From NCBI GenBank assembly GCA_965228895.1, contig OZ245842.1, forward strand, positions 3,232,001-3,296,000: a DNA stretch of 64,000 nt, in the 5' to 3' direction. Under the pieces are notes generated by a model that did no database searches, was not told the DNA's origin, and saw nothing but the letters and a program-made list of their open reading frames with translations. The stretch's first letter is position 1. The number at the start of each line of letters is the position of its first letter. The translations under genes were made by a program, and so were the position numbers. Source of the DNA: Alphaproteobacteria bacterium (GTDB taxonomy: Bacteria > Pseudomonadota > Alphaproteobacteria > SP197). Of the stretch, positions 19,496-30,292 are shown in pieces.

Positions 19496-20125
19496 ATGCA
19501 GCTCTACTATTTCGAGACCCCGAACGCGCGCAAACCCTGTGCGGTCGCCCGCCACACCGGTGCGCCGGTGGAGTATGTGCTGATCGACTTGACCAAGGGC
19601 GAGCACAAAACCCCGGAGTACCTCGCGATCAACCCGAATGGCAAGATTCCGGCATTGCGCGATGGCGATACCCGCATCTGGGAGTCCTGCGCCATCATGT
19701 GTTACCTCGCCCAGAAAACCGGCTCGGATCTTTGGCCCAGCGACCCCGCCCGACAAGTCGAGGTGCTGCGCTGGTTGCAATGGGATACCGCTCACTTCTC
19801 GCGGCATGCTCAGGCGTTCGTGTTTCAACACCTGATCAAGCCGGCTTTTGGTTTGGGCGACCCAGACCCGGCGGCGCTCGAAGAAGCCACAGGGTTTTTC
19901 CACCAGTTCGCCGGTGTGCTCGAAAACCATCTGAAGGGCCGCGACAGCCTGGTCGGCGACGGCCTGACGATCGCCGACTTCGCGGTCGCCTCTGCGCTGC
20001 CTTACGCGGAAAAGGCCAATATGCCGCTCGGCGGTTACGCCGAGATCAATCGCTGGCATGACGCGATGATGACACTGCCGGCGTGGCGAGACCCCTACCC
20101 CTCAGACCTCGCAAAGTCGGCCTGA
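19496..20125 (+). CDS. Glutathione S-transferase
   Basis: YLAINPNGKIPAL, IWESCAIMCYLA, TIADF. Confidence 0.92.
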   Translation: MQLYYFETPNARKPCAVARHTGAPVEYVLIDLTKGEHKTPEYLAINPNGKIPALRDGDTRIWESCAIMCYLAQKTGSDLWPSDPARQVEVLRWLQWDTAHFSRHAQAFVFQHLIKPAFGLGDPDPAALEEATGFFHQFAGVLENHLKGRDSLVGDGLTIADFAVASALPYAEKANMPLGGYAEINRWHDAMMTLPAWRDPYPSDLAKSA

Positions 20126-20186
20126 GGTCACGTCCGTTGCCGCGCGGTGGCGGGATCACATTCCCGCCGCCGCGCAGCAACAAGCT

Positions 20187-21221
20187 CTAACTTCCCATAA
20201 TCAGGCCGTACGCCATTCCTGCCAGCACCGCGCCGGTGAAGCCCAGCACCACGTAGGCGGCGAAAACACGCCGGTTGACCAAGGCGAAAACCGCCATCAT
20301 TGCGGGAATGCAGCTGACGGCACCGGCAACGATGAACGCCATGCCGGCGCCCACACTCATGCCCTGCTCGATCAGGCCCGCGACCAGCAGCGGGGCGGCA
20401 TAACCGTTCAGATAGGCGGGCACACCGACCAGCGCGCTCAACACGATCGGGCCGATACCGGATCCGCCGACCATACTGGCGATCGCGTCGGCCGGCACAT
20501 AGGCGACCATCAGGCTTTCCAAGAGATAGGCCAACGTCAGCCACTTCAGCAGGAAGTATGTGTTGGCCAGCGACTCCCGGCTGAAGACCTCGCGGCGCGA
20601 CGCCTCGCGCCAGAATAACCACACGGGCCTGCCGTCAAACCGTGACGGACCGCAGCCACAGCCCAAGCCTGCCGCGCCGGCGCGCAACGGGTTGGCGAAC
20701 CAGCCCCGCGTCATCGCCATCTTGATGGCAAAACCACCCATCAGCCCGATGCTCACCGCGGCCACGGCCTTAGCAACCGCGAACGGCCAGCCGAGCGCGC
20801 CGGCGGTAATCAAGAGCGATGGCGGATCGATCAGCGGTGACGCCAACCAGAACGCCATGACGGCCGAGACCGGCGTGCCGAGCGCCAGCATGCCGGCGAT
20901 AAACGGAATGACCTCGCACGAGCAGAACGGCGCCAGCCCACCGAACAGCGCGGCCAGCACGATCATGCGCGTTTCACGTCCTTCAAAGGCGCGCGCGATC
21001 ATCGTCTCCGCGCCGCTTGCCTTCAGGTAGCCGATGCTCACGACGGCAAACAGCATGTAAGGCGCGGTCGACAGCATCGCGCTGCCCGTGGAACGCAACG
21101 ACGGCAAGAACTGCGCGTTGTCCAACACCGCCAGTACGGCAAAAACGACCGCAATGGTCAGCCAGACCCGGTCGACCTTAAGGCCGCCCAGCGCGCCAAG
21201 CCGTTCAACCAGCGCGGTCAT
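20187..21221 (-). CDS. ArsP/DUF318 family permease
   Basis: PFCSCEVIP, AFWLASPLIDP, GVPAYL; coupled to upstream arsR. Confidence 0.85.
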   Translation of the reverse strand: MTALVERLGALGGLKVDRVWLTIAVVFAVLAVLDNAQFLPSLRSTGSAMLSTAPYMLFAVVSIGYLKASGAETMIARAFEGRETRMIVLAALFGGLAPFCSCEVIPFIAGMLALGTPVSAVMAFWLASPLIDPPSLLITAGALGWPFAVAKAVAAVSIGLMGGFAIKMAMTRGWFANPLRAGAAGLGCGCGPSRFDGRPVWLFWREASRREVFSRESLANTYFLLKWLTLAYLLESLMVAYVPADAIASMVGGSGIGPIVLSALVGVPAYLNGYAAPLLVAGLIEQGMSVGAGMAFIVAGAVSCIPAMMAVFALVNRRVFAAYVVLGFTGAVLAGMAYGLIMGS

Positions 21222-21553
21222 GACACTTTCCCGGCGACCTTGTCATTTGCCGGATGCAGGGCGTCCTGACAGCACTCGCACAGTAGAAAATCGGCCAGAC
21301 TCTGAAGCCGGTCATAGGCCGCGCGGTTGATGATCGCGCGCCCCTGCTTTTCCTGCGTCACGACTCCGGCGGCAGCCAGGAAACGCAGGTGATGCGCCAA
21401 CGTTGACGCCGGTATCTCCATACGGTTCTGGATTTCACCAACGGTCAGCCCATCATGGCCGGCTCTTACCAGCGACAACAAGACCTCCAGCCGCGGTTCT
21501 GATCCAACGGCCGCAAAGCCCTGGGCCGCCTCCTCAACGCCAACTGTTTCCAT
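21218..21553 (-). CDS. arsR: ArsR family regulator with C-terminal vicinal cysteines
   Basis: RLEVLLSLVRAGHDGLTVG, STLAHHL, C-terminal LCECC. Confidence 0.85.
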   Translation of the reverse strand: METVGVEEAAQGFAAVGSEPRLEVLLSLVRAGHDGLTVGEIQNRMEIPASTLAHHLRFLAAAGVVTQEKQGRAIINRAAYDRLQSLADFLLCECCQDALHPANDKVAGKVS

Positions 21554-21579
21554 AGCTCGTCACCAATTCGATTAGACTT

Positions 21580-21603
21580 ATATAACTAGTTTTCTAGTTA
21601 TAT
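21580..21603. promoter_or_regulatory. ArsR operator palindrome
   Basis: Perfect ATATAACTAG-TTTT-CTAGTTATAT just upstream of arsR. Confidence 0.75.
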
Positions 21604-21771
21604 TTTGTCAAGACGAAATGCGAAACGTGGTTTTGACCGCGATTCACGATTCTGCGTTGGGCCCGGCGATTTCTCCCAGGCGCCGCTTGAAGCGGCGCGC
21701 ATAAGTGCCAATCTCGAACTCTACCAACCGACCGATGAACCAACGCCGCGCGATTGGAGGGAAACGAGATC

Positions 21772-22176
21772 ATGGCGAAGAAACCACGGACTTACGAAGG
21801 CGGCTGCCTGTGCGGCAACATCCGTTACACCGTCACCGCCGAGCCCGAGTTTCCTCATCTGTGTTCGTGCACCATGTGCCGGCGCTGGAGCGGCGCGCCA
21901 ACCACCGCCTGGGTGGAATTTCCGCTCGCCAACTTTGAGTGGACCGGACCGGGCGGTGAGCCCCGGTACTTTCGCTCGTCGGCAAAATCCCAGCGCGGCA
22001 ATTGCCCGACCTGCGGCAGCGCGATGTGCACCATCGACGACGGCTACGACAACATCTCCTTGATGATCGGCAGCCTTGACCGCCCCAACCTGATCGTTCC
22101 GGACGTGCAACACAGCTACAAGTCGTTTCGGCCAAAATGGTGGCACCCGGAAGTCGGCAAAACCAAAGCCGGCTAG
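21772..22176 (+). CDS. GFA family Zn-binding protein
   Basis: GGCLCG, CSCTMCRR, CPTCGS; GGAGG upstream. Confidence 0.88.
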   Translation: MAKKPRTYEGGCLCGNIRYTVTAEPEFPHLCSCTMCRRWSGAPTTAWVEFPLANFEWTGPGGEPRYFRSSAKSQRGNCPTCGSAMCTIDDGYDNISLMIGSLDRPNLIVPDVQHSYKSFRPKWWHPEVGKTKAG

Positions 22177-22292
22177 AGCCGTAGCCGGCACCGCGGCCGG
22201 CATCGCCAAACTTTGCCCCTCGACCGACGCGCGGCTTTGTCGCAATCTAGCGAGCAACGCCGCGTCAAAGGGCTTTTTTGGGGGCTTGGGTC

Positions 22293-22718
22293 ATGGTTTC
22301 GGAGCCACATCGTCGCGCCGCCTGTCAGTGCGGCCAACTCAGTGTCACCGTCACCGGCGACCCCGACTTCGCCGTCGCGTGTCATTGCATCGCGTGCCAG
22401 CGGCGCACCGGCAGCCCGTTCGGCATCGGCGCCTATTACCGGCGTGACCAGGTCGAAAGCATAGACGGCAACGAGAAAACCTTCGACCGCGTCGCTGAAT
22501 CGGGGCGCAGTCTGGCCAACCATTTCTGCCCCGACTGCGGCACCAATCTCTATTGGACGCTCGAGATGCGGCCCGACCACATGGGCATCGCACTCGGCTG
22601 TTTCGACGATCCCCACTTCGTGAAACCCGCCCGCACCATCTGGACCGAACACCAGCACGCGTGGATTCACCTGCCCGACGACCTTCCGGCCTTCAAAAAA
22701 GCAACACCACCGGGCTAA
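22293..22718 (+). CDS. GFA family Zn-binding protein
   Basis: ACQCG, CHCIACQRRTGS, FCPDCGT. Confidence 0.88.
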   Translation: MVSEPHRRAACQCGQLSVTVTGDPDFAVACHCIACQRRTGSPFGIGAYYRRDQVESIDGNEKTFDRVAESGRSLANHFCPDCGTNLYWTLEMRPDHMGIALGCFDDPHFVKPARTIWTEHQHAWIHLPDDLPAFKKATPPG

Positions 22719-22761
22719 CGGCGCTTGGCGGGGCAACGACGCTAACGGCTCAGGAGGCAAC

Positions 22762-24027
22762 ATGGCAACGGTCGACAAGCGGGCGGTTATGGCGGGCGCT
22801 ATCGGCAACGCGCTCGAATGGTATGACTTCGCCGTCTTCGGCTTTTTCGCGACAGCCATCAGCCAGCAGTTCTTTCCCTCCAGCGATCCGATAGCGAGCC
22901 TGATCAACACCTTCGGCGTTTTTGCCGCTGGCTATCTGATGCGGCCCATCGGCGGGCTGATCTTTGGCTGGATTGGTGATCGGCTCGGACGACGGCGCGC
23001 GCTGCGCATCTCGATCATCGCCATGGCCATTCCGACCACGCTCATCACCGTACTGCCGACCCATGCCGACATCGGAGTTATGGCAGCGGTTTTGCTCGTG
23101 GTGTTGCGGCTGGCCCAGGGCCTCTCCGTTGGCGGCGAGTTCATCGGTTCGATATGTTATCTCGTCGAGACCGCACCCAAGGGCCGACGCGGTTTTGCTG
23201 GAAGCTGGGTTACCTTCACCACCGTCGGCGGCATGCTGCTGGGCTCGGCCGTTGCCGCCTTGCTGCATCTTCTCCTAACCGACGCGCAGATCGACGCATG
23301 GGGTTGGCGCCTACCGTTTTTGGGCGGTTTGATTGTGGGGATCGTCGGTTACTGGATGCGCCGGCGCTTGACCGAATCGCCGGAGTTCGAAGCCATCGTC
23401 GAGGTGCACCAACTGTCTTCGGAGCCCCTCGGCGAAGCGTTCCGCGACATGCCGTGGCGCATTCTCCAAACCGGCGGTGTCGTGCTGCTGCTGGGTGTCG
23501 GCATTTACACCCTGTTCGTCTGGATGCCCACTTACCTCTCCAGCATTCTGACGCCCGCCGTGCCGCACGCCCTCCTGATCAACACCGCCGCCATGATCCT
23601 CATGCTTGGCGTCATCGTGCTGGCGGGGCGTGCCGATGACCGCTTCGGCTACAAACCCGTGCTGCTATCGGCGACGGTTCTAATGGCTATCGTCGTCTGG
23701 CCGTTGTTTGCATGGATCGATACGTCCACCCTGATAGCCGTCATCGTTGCTCAGATCATCTTCGCCGTGCTCAACGGCCTTATCCAAGGTTCTATTCCGG
23801 TGACCCTGGTCGAGATCTTTCCGACGCGCCTGCGCTACAGCGCCATTGCACTCGGCTACAACGTGACGCTGGCGATCTTCGGCGGCACGGCGCCGCTGGT
23901 CGCGACCTGGCTGATCCACCGGACCGGCGACCTCTCCGCACCCGCCTGGTACCTCATCGCCATCGCCGTCGTCACCGCGATCGCGACGGCCGCTTTGCGG
24001 CCCCATCCGGATGCCCAGCAGCGCTAA
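22762..24027 (+). CDS. MFS metabolite:H+ symporter (ProP-like)
   Basis: AGGAGG RBS; GNALEWYDF, QGLSVGGE, WGWRLPF. Confidence 0.9.
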   Translation: MATVDKRAVMAGAIGNALEWYDFAVFGFFATAISQQFFPSSDPIASLINTFGVFAAGYLMRPIGGLIFGWIGDRLGRRRALRISIIAMAIPTTLITVLPTHADIGVMAAVLLVVLRLAQGLSVGGEFIGSICYLVETAPKGRRGFAGSWVTFTTVGGMLLGSAVAALLHLLLTDAQIDAWGWRLPFLGGLIVGIVGYWMRRRLTESPEFEAIVEVHQLSSEPLGEAFRDMPWRILQTGGVVLLLGVGIYTLFVWMPTYLSSILTPAVPHALLINTAAMILMLGVIVLAGRADDRFGYKPVLLSATVLMAIVVWPLFAWIDTSTLIAVIVAQIIFAVLNGLIQGSIPVTLVEIFPTRLRYSAIALGYNVTLAIFGGTAPLVATWLIHRTGDLSAPAWYLIAIAVVTAIATAALRPHPDAQQR

Positions 24028-24204
24028 CTGTGTCGCAGAAGCGCCCAGAAACCGGCGATTCGTGGTGGTTCGCGCTGCTTTTCATCTAAGCCGTGCGGAC
24101 CGTCACTGACGCATCGCCGCGTACAAGGCCAACTGCCGCCCACGTCCAATTGCGGGCGTTCAGGAAACCCGGTAATCGTTAACGCGATGCCACGCGGGGA
24201 ATGG

Positions 24205-24687
24205 ATGATGAAAGCGCCAACCGTCTTTTTGCTCGTCACGATACTGGCCGTTCCGGCGGTCGCCTATGACGAAGCTGACCTCACGCGCCTCAAGGAAACC
24301 GGCAACTGCGCCTCGTGCGATCTTAGCGGTGCACCGATGGCGTCGTTGTTCCTGCCGGGCGCCGATCTGAGCGGCAGCGATCTCACCAACGCGGATCTGC
24401 GCCGGACGGAACTGAGCGGCGCCAGTTTCGGCAACGCCATCCTCAACGGTGCTGACTTGAGCGACGCCAACGCCGCCTACGCCGACTTCAGCGCTGCTGA
24501 TCTGCGCGAAGCCGACCTCAGCCGCGCCAACTTCTATTCGGCGGACATGCGCGAGGCCGTTCTCAGCAACGCCAATCTAGAAGGTGCGAACTTCGCCCGC
24601 GCCCACCGCGCGGGCATTACGGCCGTCGGCGCCAATATCTGCAGAACCACCATGCCCGACGGGCACGTCGAACACGGCAACTGCTGA
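24205..24687 (+). CDS. Exported pentapeptide-repeat protein
   Basis: Signal peptide, CASCDLSGA, repeated A(D/N)Lxx units, terminal TTMPDG. Confidence 0.88.
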   Translation: MMKAPTVFLLVTILAVPAVAYDEADLTRLKETGNCASCDLSGAPMASLFLPGADLSGSDLTNADLRRTELSGASFGNAILNGADLSDANAAYADFSAADLREADLSRANFYSADMREAVLSNANLEGANFARAHRAGITAVGANICRTTMPDGHVEHGNC

Positions 24688-24719
24688 AAACGCGGCGCAA
24701 TTAGGTCCGCGCGCCGCGC

Positions 24720-25040
24720 CTACTCCTCATACGTGGTCATGCCGGGGATGTCCGGCGTGATAGGCGGCGGCAGAGCCGACTCAGTTTCCGAAAAGAGCGT
24801 CGGCTCCCACAGTATCACGGAGTTCTCTTCGTCCTGATGCGCCTGCCATGTCCGTCCGGTCGCGCTATCGAACACATAAAGTCCGTCGCCCGCGGACACC
24901 AGATGGTAGCGCCCGACATCCGCGCCGCTCGCCGTACCGGCCGGCTGGGCGATAAACACGTCGGCCTTGACCGGCGGGACCATCAGCACCGCCAGCGCGA
25001 GAACCGTGATGGCGACTGTAACGGTCAGCATGGATTTCAT
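24720..25040 (-). CDS. Hypothetical exported protein
   Basis: GGGGA RBS; signal peptide ending VKA; GRYHLV..YVFDSATGRTW. Confidence 0.65.
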   Translation of the reverse strand: MKSMLTVTVAITVLALAVLMVPPVKADVFIAQPAGTASGADVGRYHLVSAGDGLYVFDSATGRTWQAHQDEENSVILWEPTLFSETESALPPPITPDIPGMTTYEE

Positions 25041-25171
25041 GGCGCTTCCCCGTGTTTGTTTGCGCTACTATGCCATGGCTTCAAGCGCGCCCGAAAGGCG
25101 GCTTGTGGAAGATTTCACGCACGAAGCGTAATCTGATGACACGGTTGGGCGCATTGCCGTTGGGGGGAGCG

Positions 25172-25969
25172 ATGACCAAGACCGAGATGAAGAAGCTTCA
25201 GAGGCTTCTGAACAAGACCGGCGGCCTCCTGGTGCCCGACGGCTTGACTGGGCGCAATACCAAACGCGCCGTCGCTGACGCCCGTCGCCTTGCCAAACTG
25301 CCGGTCCGCGGCGGCGCCGACGAGACTCTGATCACCTGGCTCAAAGCCCAGCCCGACCCCTCCCGCGATCTGCCGACCGAAGGCGTCACCGCCATCGCGC
25401 GCGATGAGGTCGGCAGCCGTGACTACTACGAAAAGACCGCCGCGAAGCCCCATTGGCCGGGCGGCGCCAGTGGCGTCACCATTGGTGTCGGTTACGACCT
25501 CCGCTTTTCCGTACAGATCTTCAAGACCGACTGGGCCGACAAGCTGACGCCTGAGGCGTTCGATGCGCTACGTCCACACCTCGGCAAACAGGGCAGCAAA
25601 GCGAAGGCCGACAAGCTGGCATGGATCGTCGTGCCGTGGACCACATCCTGGCAGGTCTTCATCGCGCGCAGCCTGCCCAGCTATGTCAATCGGACGCGCC
25701 GCGCCTTTCCCGGTTTCGACGACCTGCCGGGCCTGTGCCGCAGCGTTCTCGTCAGCCTGGTTTTCAACCGCGGCGCCAGCTTTAGGGACACCCGCAACCA
25801 GAACCGGCTGGAGATGCGCAACATCCGCGACCACATCGCCAACGGCAACCTTTCGGCGGTCGCCGATGAAATCCTTTCCATGCGCCGCTTGTGGTCGAAC
25901 AACACCGGTCTTCCGGCGCGGCGCGAACGCGAAGCCAAACTCTGGAAAAAGGGACTCAGGAGCCGTTAG
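25172..25969 (+). CDS. Peptidoglycan-binding domain + pesticin-C/T4 lysozyme-like muramidase
   Basis: LQRLL..DGLTGRNTKRAV PG-binding motif; E..PHWPGGASGVTIGVGYDL, LVSLVFNRG, GLPARREREA. Confidence 0.8.
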   Translation: MTKTEMKKLQRLLNKTGGLLVPDGLTGRNTKRAVADARRLAKLPVRGGADETLITWLKAQPDPSRDLPTEGVTAIARDEVGSRDYYEKTAAKPHWPGGASGVTIGVGYDLRFSVQIFKTDWADKLTPEAFDALRPHLGKQGSKAKADKLAWIVVPWTTSWQVFIARSLPSYVNRTRRAFPGFDDLPGLCRSVLVSLVFNRGASFRDTRNQNRLEMRNIRDHIANGNLSAVADEILSMRRLWSNNTGLPARREREAKLWKKGLRSR

Positions 25970-25978
25970 GCGCGAGGC

Positions 25979-26668
25979 CTATGACGTAAACAGCGGATCG
26001 GTGGTCTCCGCCCATTCGGCGCGCAGCTTGTCGCCTTCGCCCTTGAACCGGTCGTCCAACGCTTCCATGGATTCAATCCGGTCGGCGCGGAAGTGGCGGA
26101 AATCCTGACGCAGCTCGCACCACGCCGCGATCACGGTGACGGAGATGTAATAGACGACGGCCAGCGGCAATATGGTCCGCTCGCTCGTCTCGCTCTTTTC
26201 GTTGCAGTACGTGATGGCAAGCTTGCGCTCCTCGCGCACCGCCTGGCGACAGACGCGCAGGTCGACGCTTGGATGCGGCGTGCCCCAGCCGGAAACCTTC
26301 AGCCACTCGCTTTCACGCCCGCCGGCCAAGCGTTCCGGCAGCACCTCGGCGATCTTGGCCGCCGCGCCATCGGCGGCATCCAGTAGGCCCTTGTCGCCCG
26401 TGCGCGTCACCAGCGACAGCCCGACCATGATGGCCTCGACCTCTTCGGACGAGAACATCAGCGGCGGCAGATCGAAGCCGCGCCGCATGACATAGCCGAT
26501 GCCCGCCGCCCCCTCGACCGGCACGCGCATCGCCTGAAGCGCGGCCATGTCGCGGTAGACGGTCCTCAGATTCACCTCCAGCGTCTCGGCGAGTTCCGCC
26601 GCCGTCACCGGCTGGCTCGCCTGACGCAGCAACTGAATGATTTCGAACAGCCTGTCGGCGCGTCGCAT
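25979..26668 (-). CDS. YafY-like HTH + WYL transcriptional regulator
   Basis: MRRADRLFEIIQLLR, RTVYRDM, LPPLMF, AWCELRQDFRHFRADRI. Confidence 0.92.
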   Translation of the reverse strand: MRRADRLFEIIQLLRQASQPVTAAELAETLEVNLRTVYRDMAALQAMRVPVEGAAGIGYVMRRGFDLPPLMFSSEEVEAIMVGLSLVTRTGDKGLLDAADGAAAKIAEVLPERLAGGRESEWLKVSGWGTPHPSVDLRVCRQAVREERKLAITYCNEKSETSERTILPLAVVYYISVTVIAAWCELRQDFRHFRADRIESMEALDDRFKGEGDKLRAEWAETTDPLFTS

Positions 26669-26699
26669 CGTCTCTCCTTGGCCGAAAGACTAGATCAAC

Positions 26700-26725
26700 A
26701 CTCCTGACAACATGGTGTCAGGAGT
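26700..26725. promoter_or_regulatory. Putative WYL-regulator binding site
   Basis: Perfect ACTCCTGACA-N6-TGTCAGGAGT between the divergent WYL and PNPOx genes. Confidence 0.75.
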
Positions 26726-26771
26726 ATCTTGCTATGCCAACCCTCGACACCGACCACGAGGGTGAGCCGCC

Positions 26772-27323
26772 ATGGCCAAGCCGACGACATCGCTCAGCAA
26801 GCCGCAGCAGGAGTTCATCGCCCGCCAGCGCCTCTTTTTTGTCGCGACAGCTGCGCCGGACGGGCGCGTCAACCTGTCGCCCAAGGGTCTCGACACGCTG
26901 AAGATCATGGCGCCCGACCGTATCGTCTGGCTCAGCCTTTCGGGCAGCGGCAACGAAACGGCGGCGCATCTCTTGGAGTCCGACCGCATGACGCTCATGT
27001 TCTGCGGCTTCGACGGCAAGCCCGGTATCATCCGCGTTTACGGTCATGCCCACGCCATCCATCCGCGCGACGACGCATGGAATGGCCTTGTCGGTCTCTT
27101 TCCCTCGCTGCCCGGCACCCGCCAGCTTTTCGACATGACGATCGACCTCGTGCAGACCTCCTGCGGCACCGGCATCCCGGAGTTCACATTCCAGAAGGAC
27201 CGAGCAACCGACCAACTCCTACCCTTCTACGATGCCATGGGCGCCGACGGCCTGAAGGCCTATTGGACCAAAAAGAACACCGTCAGCCTCGACGGCAAAT
27301 CGACCGGCATCTTCGAGCGTTGA
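26772..27323 (+). CDS. Pyridoxamine 5'-phosphate oxidase family FMN-binding protein
   Basis: FFVATA..GRVNLSPKG, GSGNETAAHL, RMTLMFCGF, VQTSCG. Confidence 0.88.
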   Translation: MAKPTTSLSKPQQEFIARQRLFFVATAAPDGRVNLSPKGLDTLKIMAPDRIVWLSLSGSGNETAAHLLESDRMTLMFCGFDGKPGIIRVYGHAHAIHPRDDAWNGLVGLFPSLPGTRQLFDMTIDLVQTSCGTGIPEFTFQKDRATDQLLPFYDAMGADGLKAYWTKKNTVSLDGKSTGIFER

Positions 27324-27326
27324 GCG

Positions 27327-28217
27327 GTGAAACACACAGCGGCCCATCACATTGGCATTGTGCTCGTGGCAATCTCCGCGATCGCCTGGAGCACGGCGGG
27401 CATCTTCACCAAAGGCATCACGGCCGATGTCTGGATTATCCTTTTCTGGCGCGGCCTGTTCAGCGCCGCCTTCATCGCGCTCTATGTCGCCTGGCGCAAC
27501 CCGCGTGCGACATGGGCCTGCTTCGGCGTCATGGGCCTGCCGGGCTGGGCGGTCGCGACCACCGGCACCATCGCGACCATCGCCTATCTCGCCTCGTTCA
27601 AGTTCACGACGGTCACCAACGTGGTCGTGATCTATGCCACCGCGCCTTTCGCGGCCGCGGCGATCGCCTGGCTCTTCGGGCGCGAGCGCACCAAACGCAC
27701 CACCCTTGTCGCCAGCGCTGCGGCTCTCATCGGTGTCGTCATCATGATGAGCGGATCGCTGGGCACGCCCAACCTGACCGGCGACCTGCTTGCCGTCGTC
27801 ATGACGGTCTTCATGGCGATCATGCTGGTCTTGATCGGGCGCTTTCCCGCCTCGCCCATGGTGCCGGCCATGGCGCTCTCTTCGCTTCAGATCACCATCA
27901 TCGCCTGCGTCCTCGTCGATCCCTTCGCGGTCAGCCTGGGTGAACTCTGGTGGCTGGTCGCCTTCGGCCTGGTCCAGGCCGGCGCCGTCATCCTGCTGAC
28001 CGAAGGCACGCGCCTCATCGCCGCGCCTCAGGCCGCCCTGATCGGCTCCCTCGATATCCCGCTCGCCCCGATCTGGGCCTGGCTCATCCTCGCCGAGCTG
28101 CCGCCGGCCGCGACTTTTGTCGGCGGCGCCGTCGTGCTCGCGGCCGTCGCCCTTCACATGCGGCGTGATTGGCAACGGCAACCGTCAACAACGCGCAAGC
28201 GCGCACGGCAACACTGA
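27327..28217 (+). CDS. DMT/EamA family transporter
   Basis: WSTAGIF, about 10 TM helices, LAPIWAWL. Confidence 0.85.
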   Translation: MKHTAAHHIGIVLVAISAIAWSTAGIFTKGITADVWIILFWRGLFSAAFIALYVAWRNPRATWACFGVMGLPGWAVATTGTIATIAYLASFKFTTVTNVVVIYATAPFAAAAIAWLFGRERTKRTTLVASAAALIGVVIMMSGSLGTPNLTGDLLAVVMTVFMAIMLVLIGRFPASPMVPAMALSSLQITIIACVLVDPFAVSLGELWWLVAFGLVQAGAVILLTEGTRLIAAPQAALIGSLDIPLAPIWAWLILAELPPAATFVGGAVVLAAVALHMRRDWQRQPSTTRKRARQH

Positions 28218-28284
28218 TCCTTCGGCCACGACGCCGCCCTGGAATTGGTTATACTCCGCGGCCCATCGTCATGGACCCGGCCTC

Positions 28285-29442
<1,158 letters not shown>

Positions 29443-29464
29443 GCGCGAGTACGGGACGCCGCTT

Positions 29465-30289
29465 ATGGGAACCGACAGCAACGACGTACGTCTTCAAAGC
29501 GCGATAGCCAAATGGTCCCTCGAACCCGACGGCACGCCGATCGAAACGCCGTCAAGCTGGGTGTTGCCGGTTCGCCGCGACGGCCAACACGCCATGCTCA
29601 AGCTGATAAAGGACATCAGCGACGAAGAGCACGCCGCCGCCCTGCTCGCCTACTATGACGGCGATGGTGCGGTACGCTTGCTGAACGCGGCTCAAGACAT
29701 GGTCCTTACGGAACGCGCGATCGGCAATCGCTCGCTCGTCGCCATGGCGACATCCGGCCGCGACGACGAAGCAGCCGCCATCCTCGCCGAAACGACCGCA
29801 ATGTTGCACGCGCCACGGACGCAGCCGGTTCCCGCAACGCTTTGGCCTTTGGAGGAGTGGTTTTCGTCATTGTTCGAGCATGAGCACGAAAGCGCCCTGC
29901 TCGGTCGCTGCGCCGCCATGGCGCGGCGCCTGCTCGCCGCACCCACCGACACAACGCCGCTCCACGGCGACCTGCATCACGGGAATGTCTTGGACGGCGG
30001 CGAACGCGGCTGGCTGGCGATCGATCCGAAGGCCTTGCTCGGCGAATGCACCTACGACATCGCCAACCAACTCTGTAACCCCTACCCGCGCAGCGACGTC
30101 GTGCACGATGCCGACCGCTTCCAGCGACTGGCCGCGCTCTATGGCGAGCGGCTGGGGATCGAATCCCAGCGCATTCTCGACATGACGTTCGCCTATGCCG
30201 GCCTGTCGGCAAGCTGGGACATGGAAGACGGCGATCCCGGCTTCGCCCTCACCAACGCCGAGATCCTGGCCCCGCTCACCAGCAGCTAG
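29465..30289 (+). CDS. APH(6)/StrB-like aminoglycoside/hydroxyurea resistance kinase
   Basis: AMLK, YDGDGAVRLL, LHGDLHHGNVL, WLAIDPK. Confidence 0.82.
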   Translation: MGTDSNDVRLQSAIAKWSLEPDGTPIETPSSWVLPVRRDGQHAMLKLIKDISDEEHAAALLAYYDGDGAVRLLNAAQDMVLTERAIGNRSLVAMATSGRDDEAAAILAETTAMLHAPRTQPVPATLWPLEEWFSSLFEHEHESALLGRCAAMARRLLAAPTDTTPLHGDLHHGNVLDGGERGWLAIDPKALLGECTYDIANQLCNPYPRSDVVHDADRFQRLAALYGERLGIESQRILDMTFAYAGLSASWDMEDGDPGFALTNAEILAPLTSS

Positions 30290-30292
30290 GGC

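Noticed and set aside
24300-24620. Short periodic DNA repeats resembling an array
   Set aside because: They are explained by pentapeptide-repeat coding and have no spacer structure, so this is not CRISPR.
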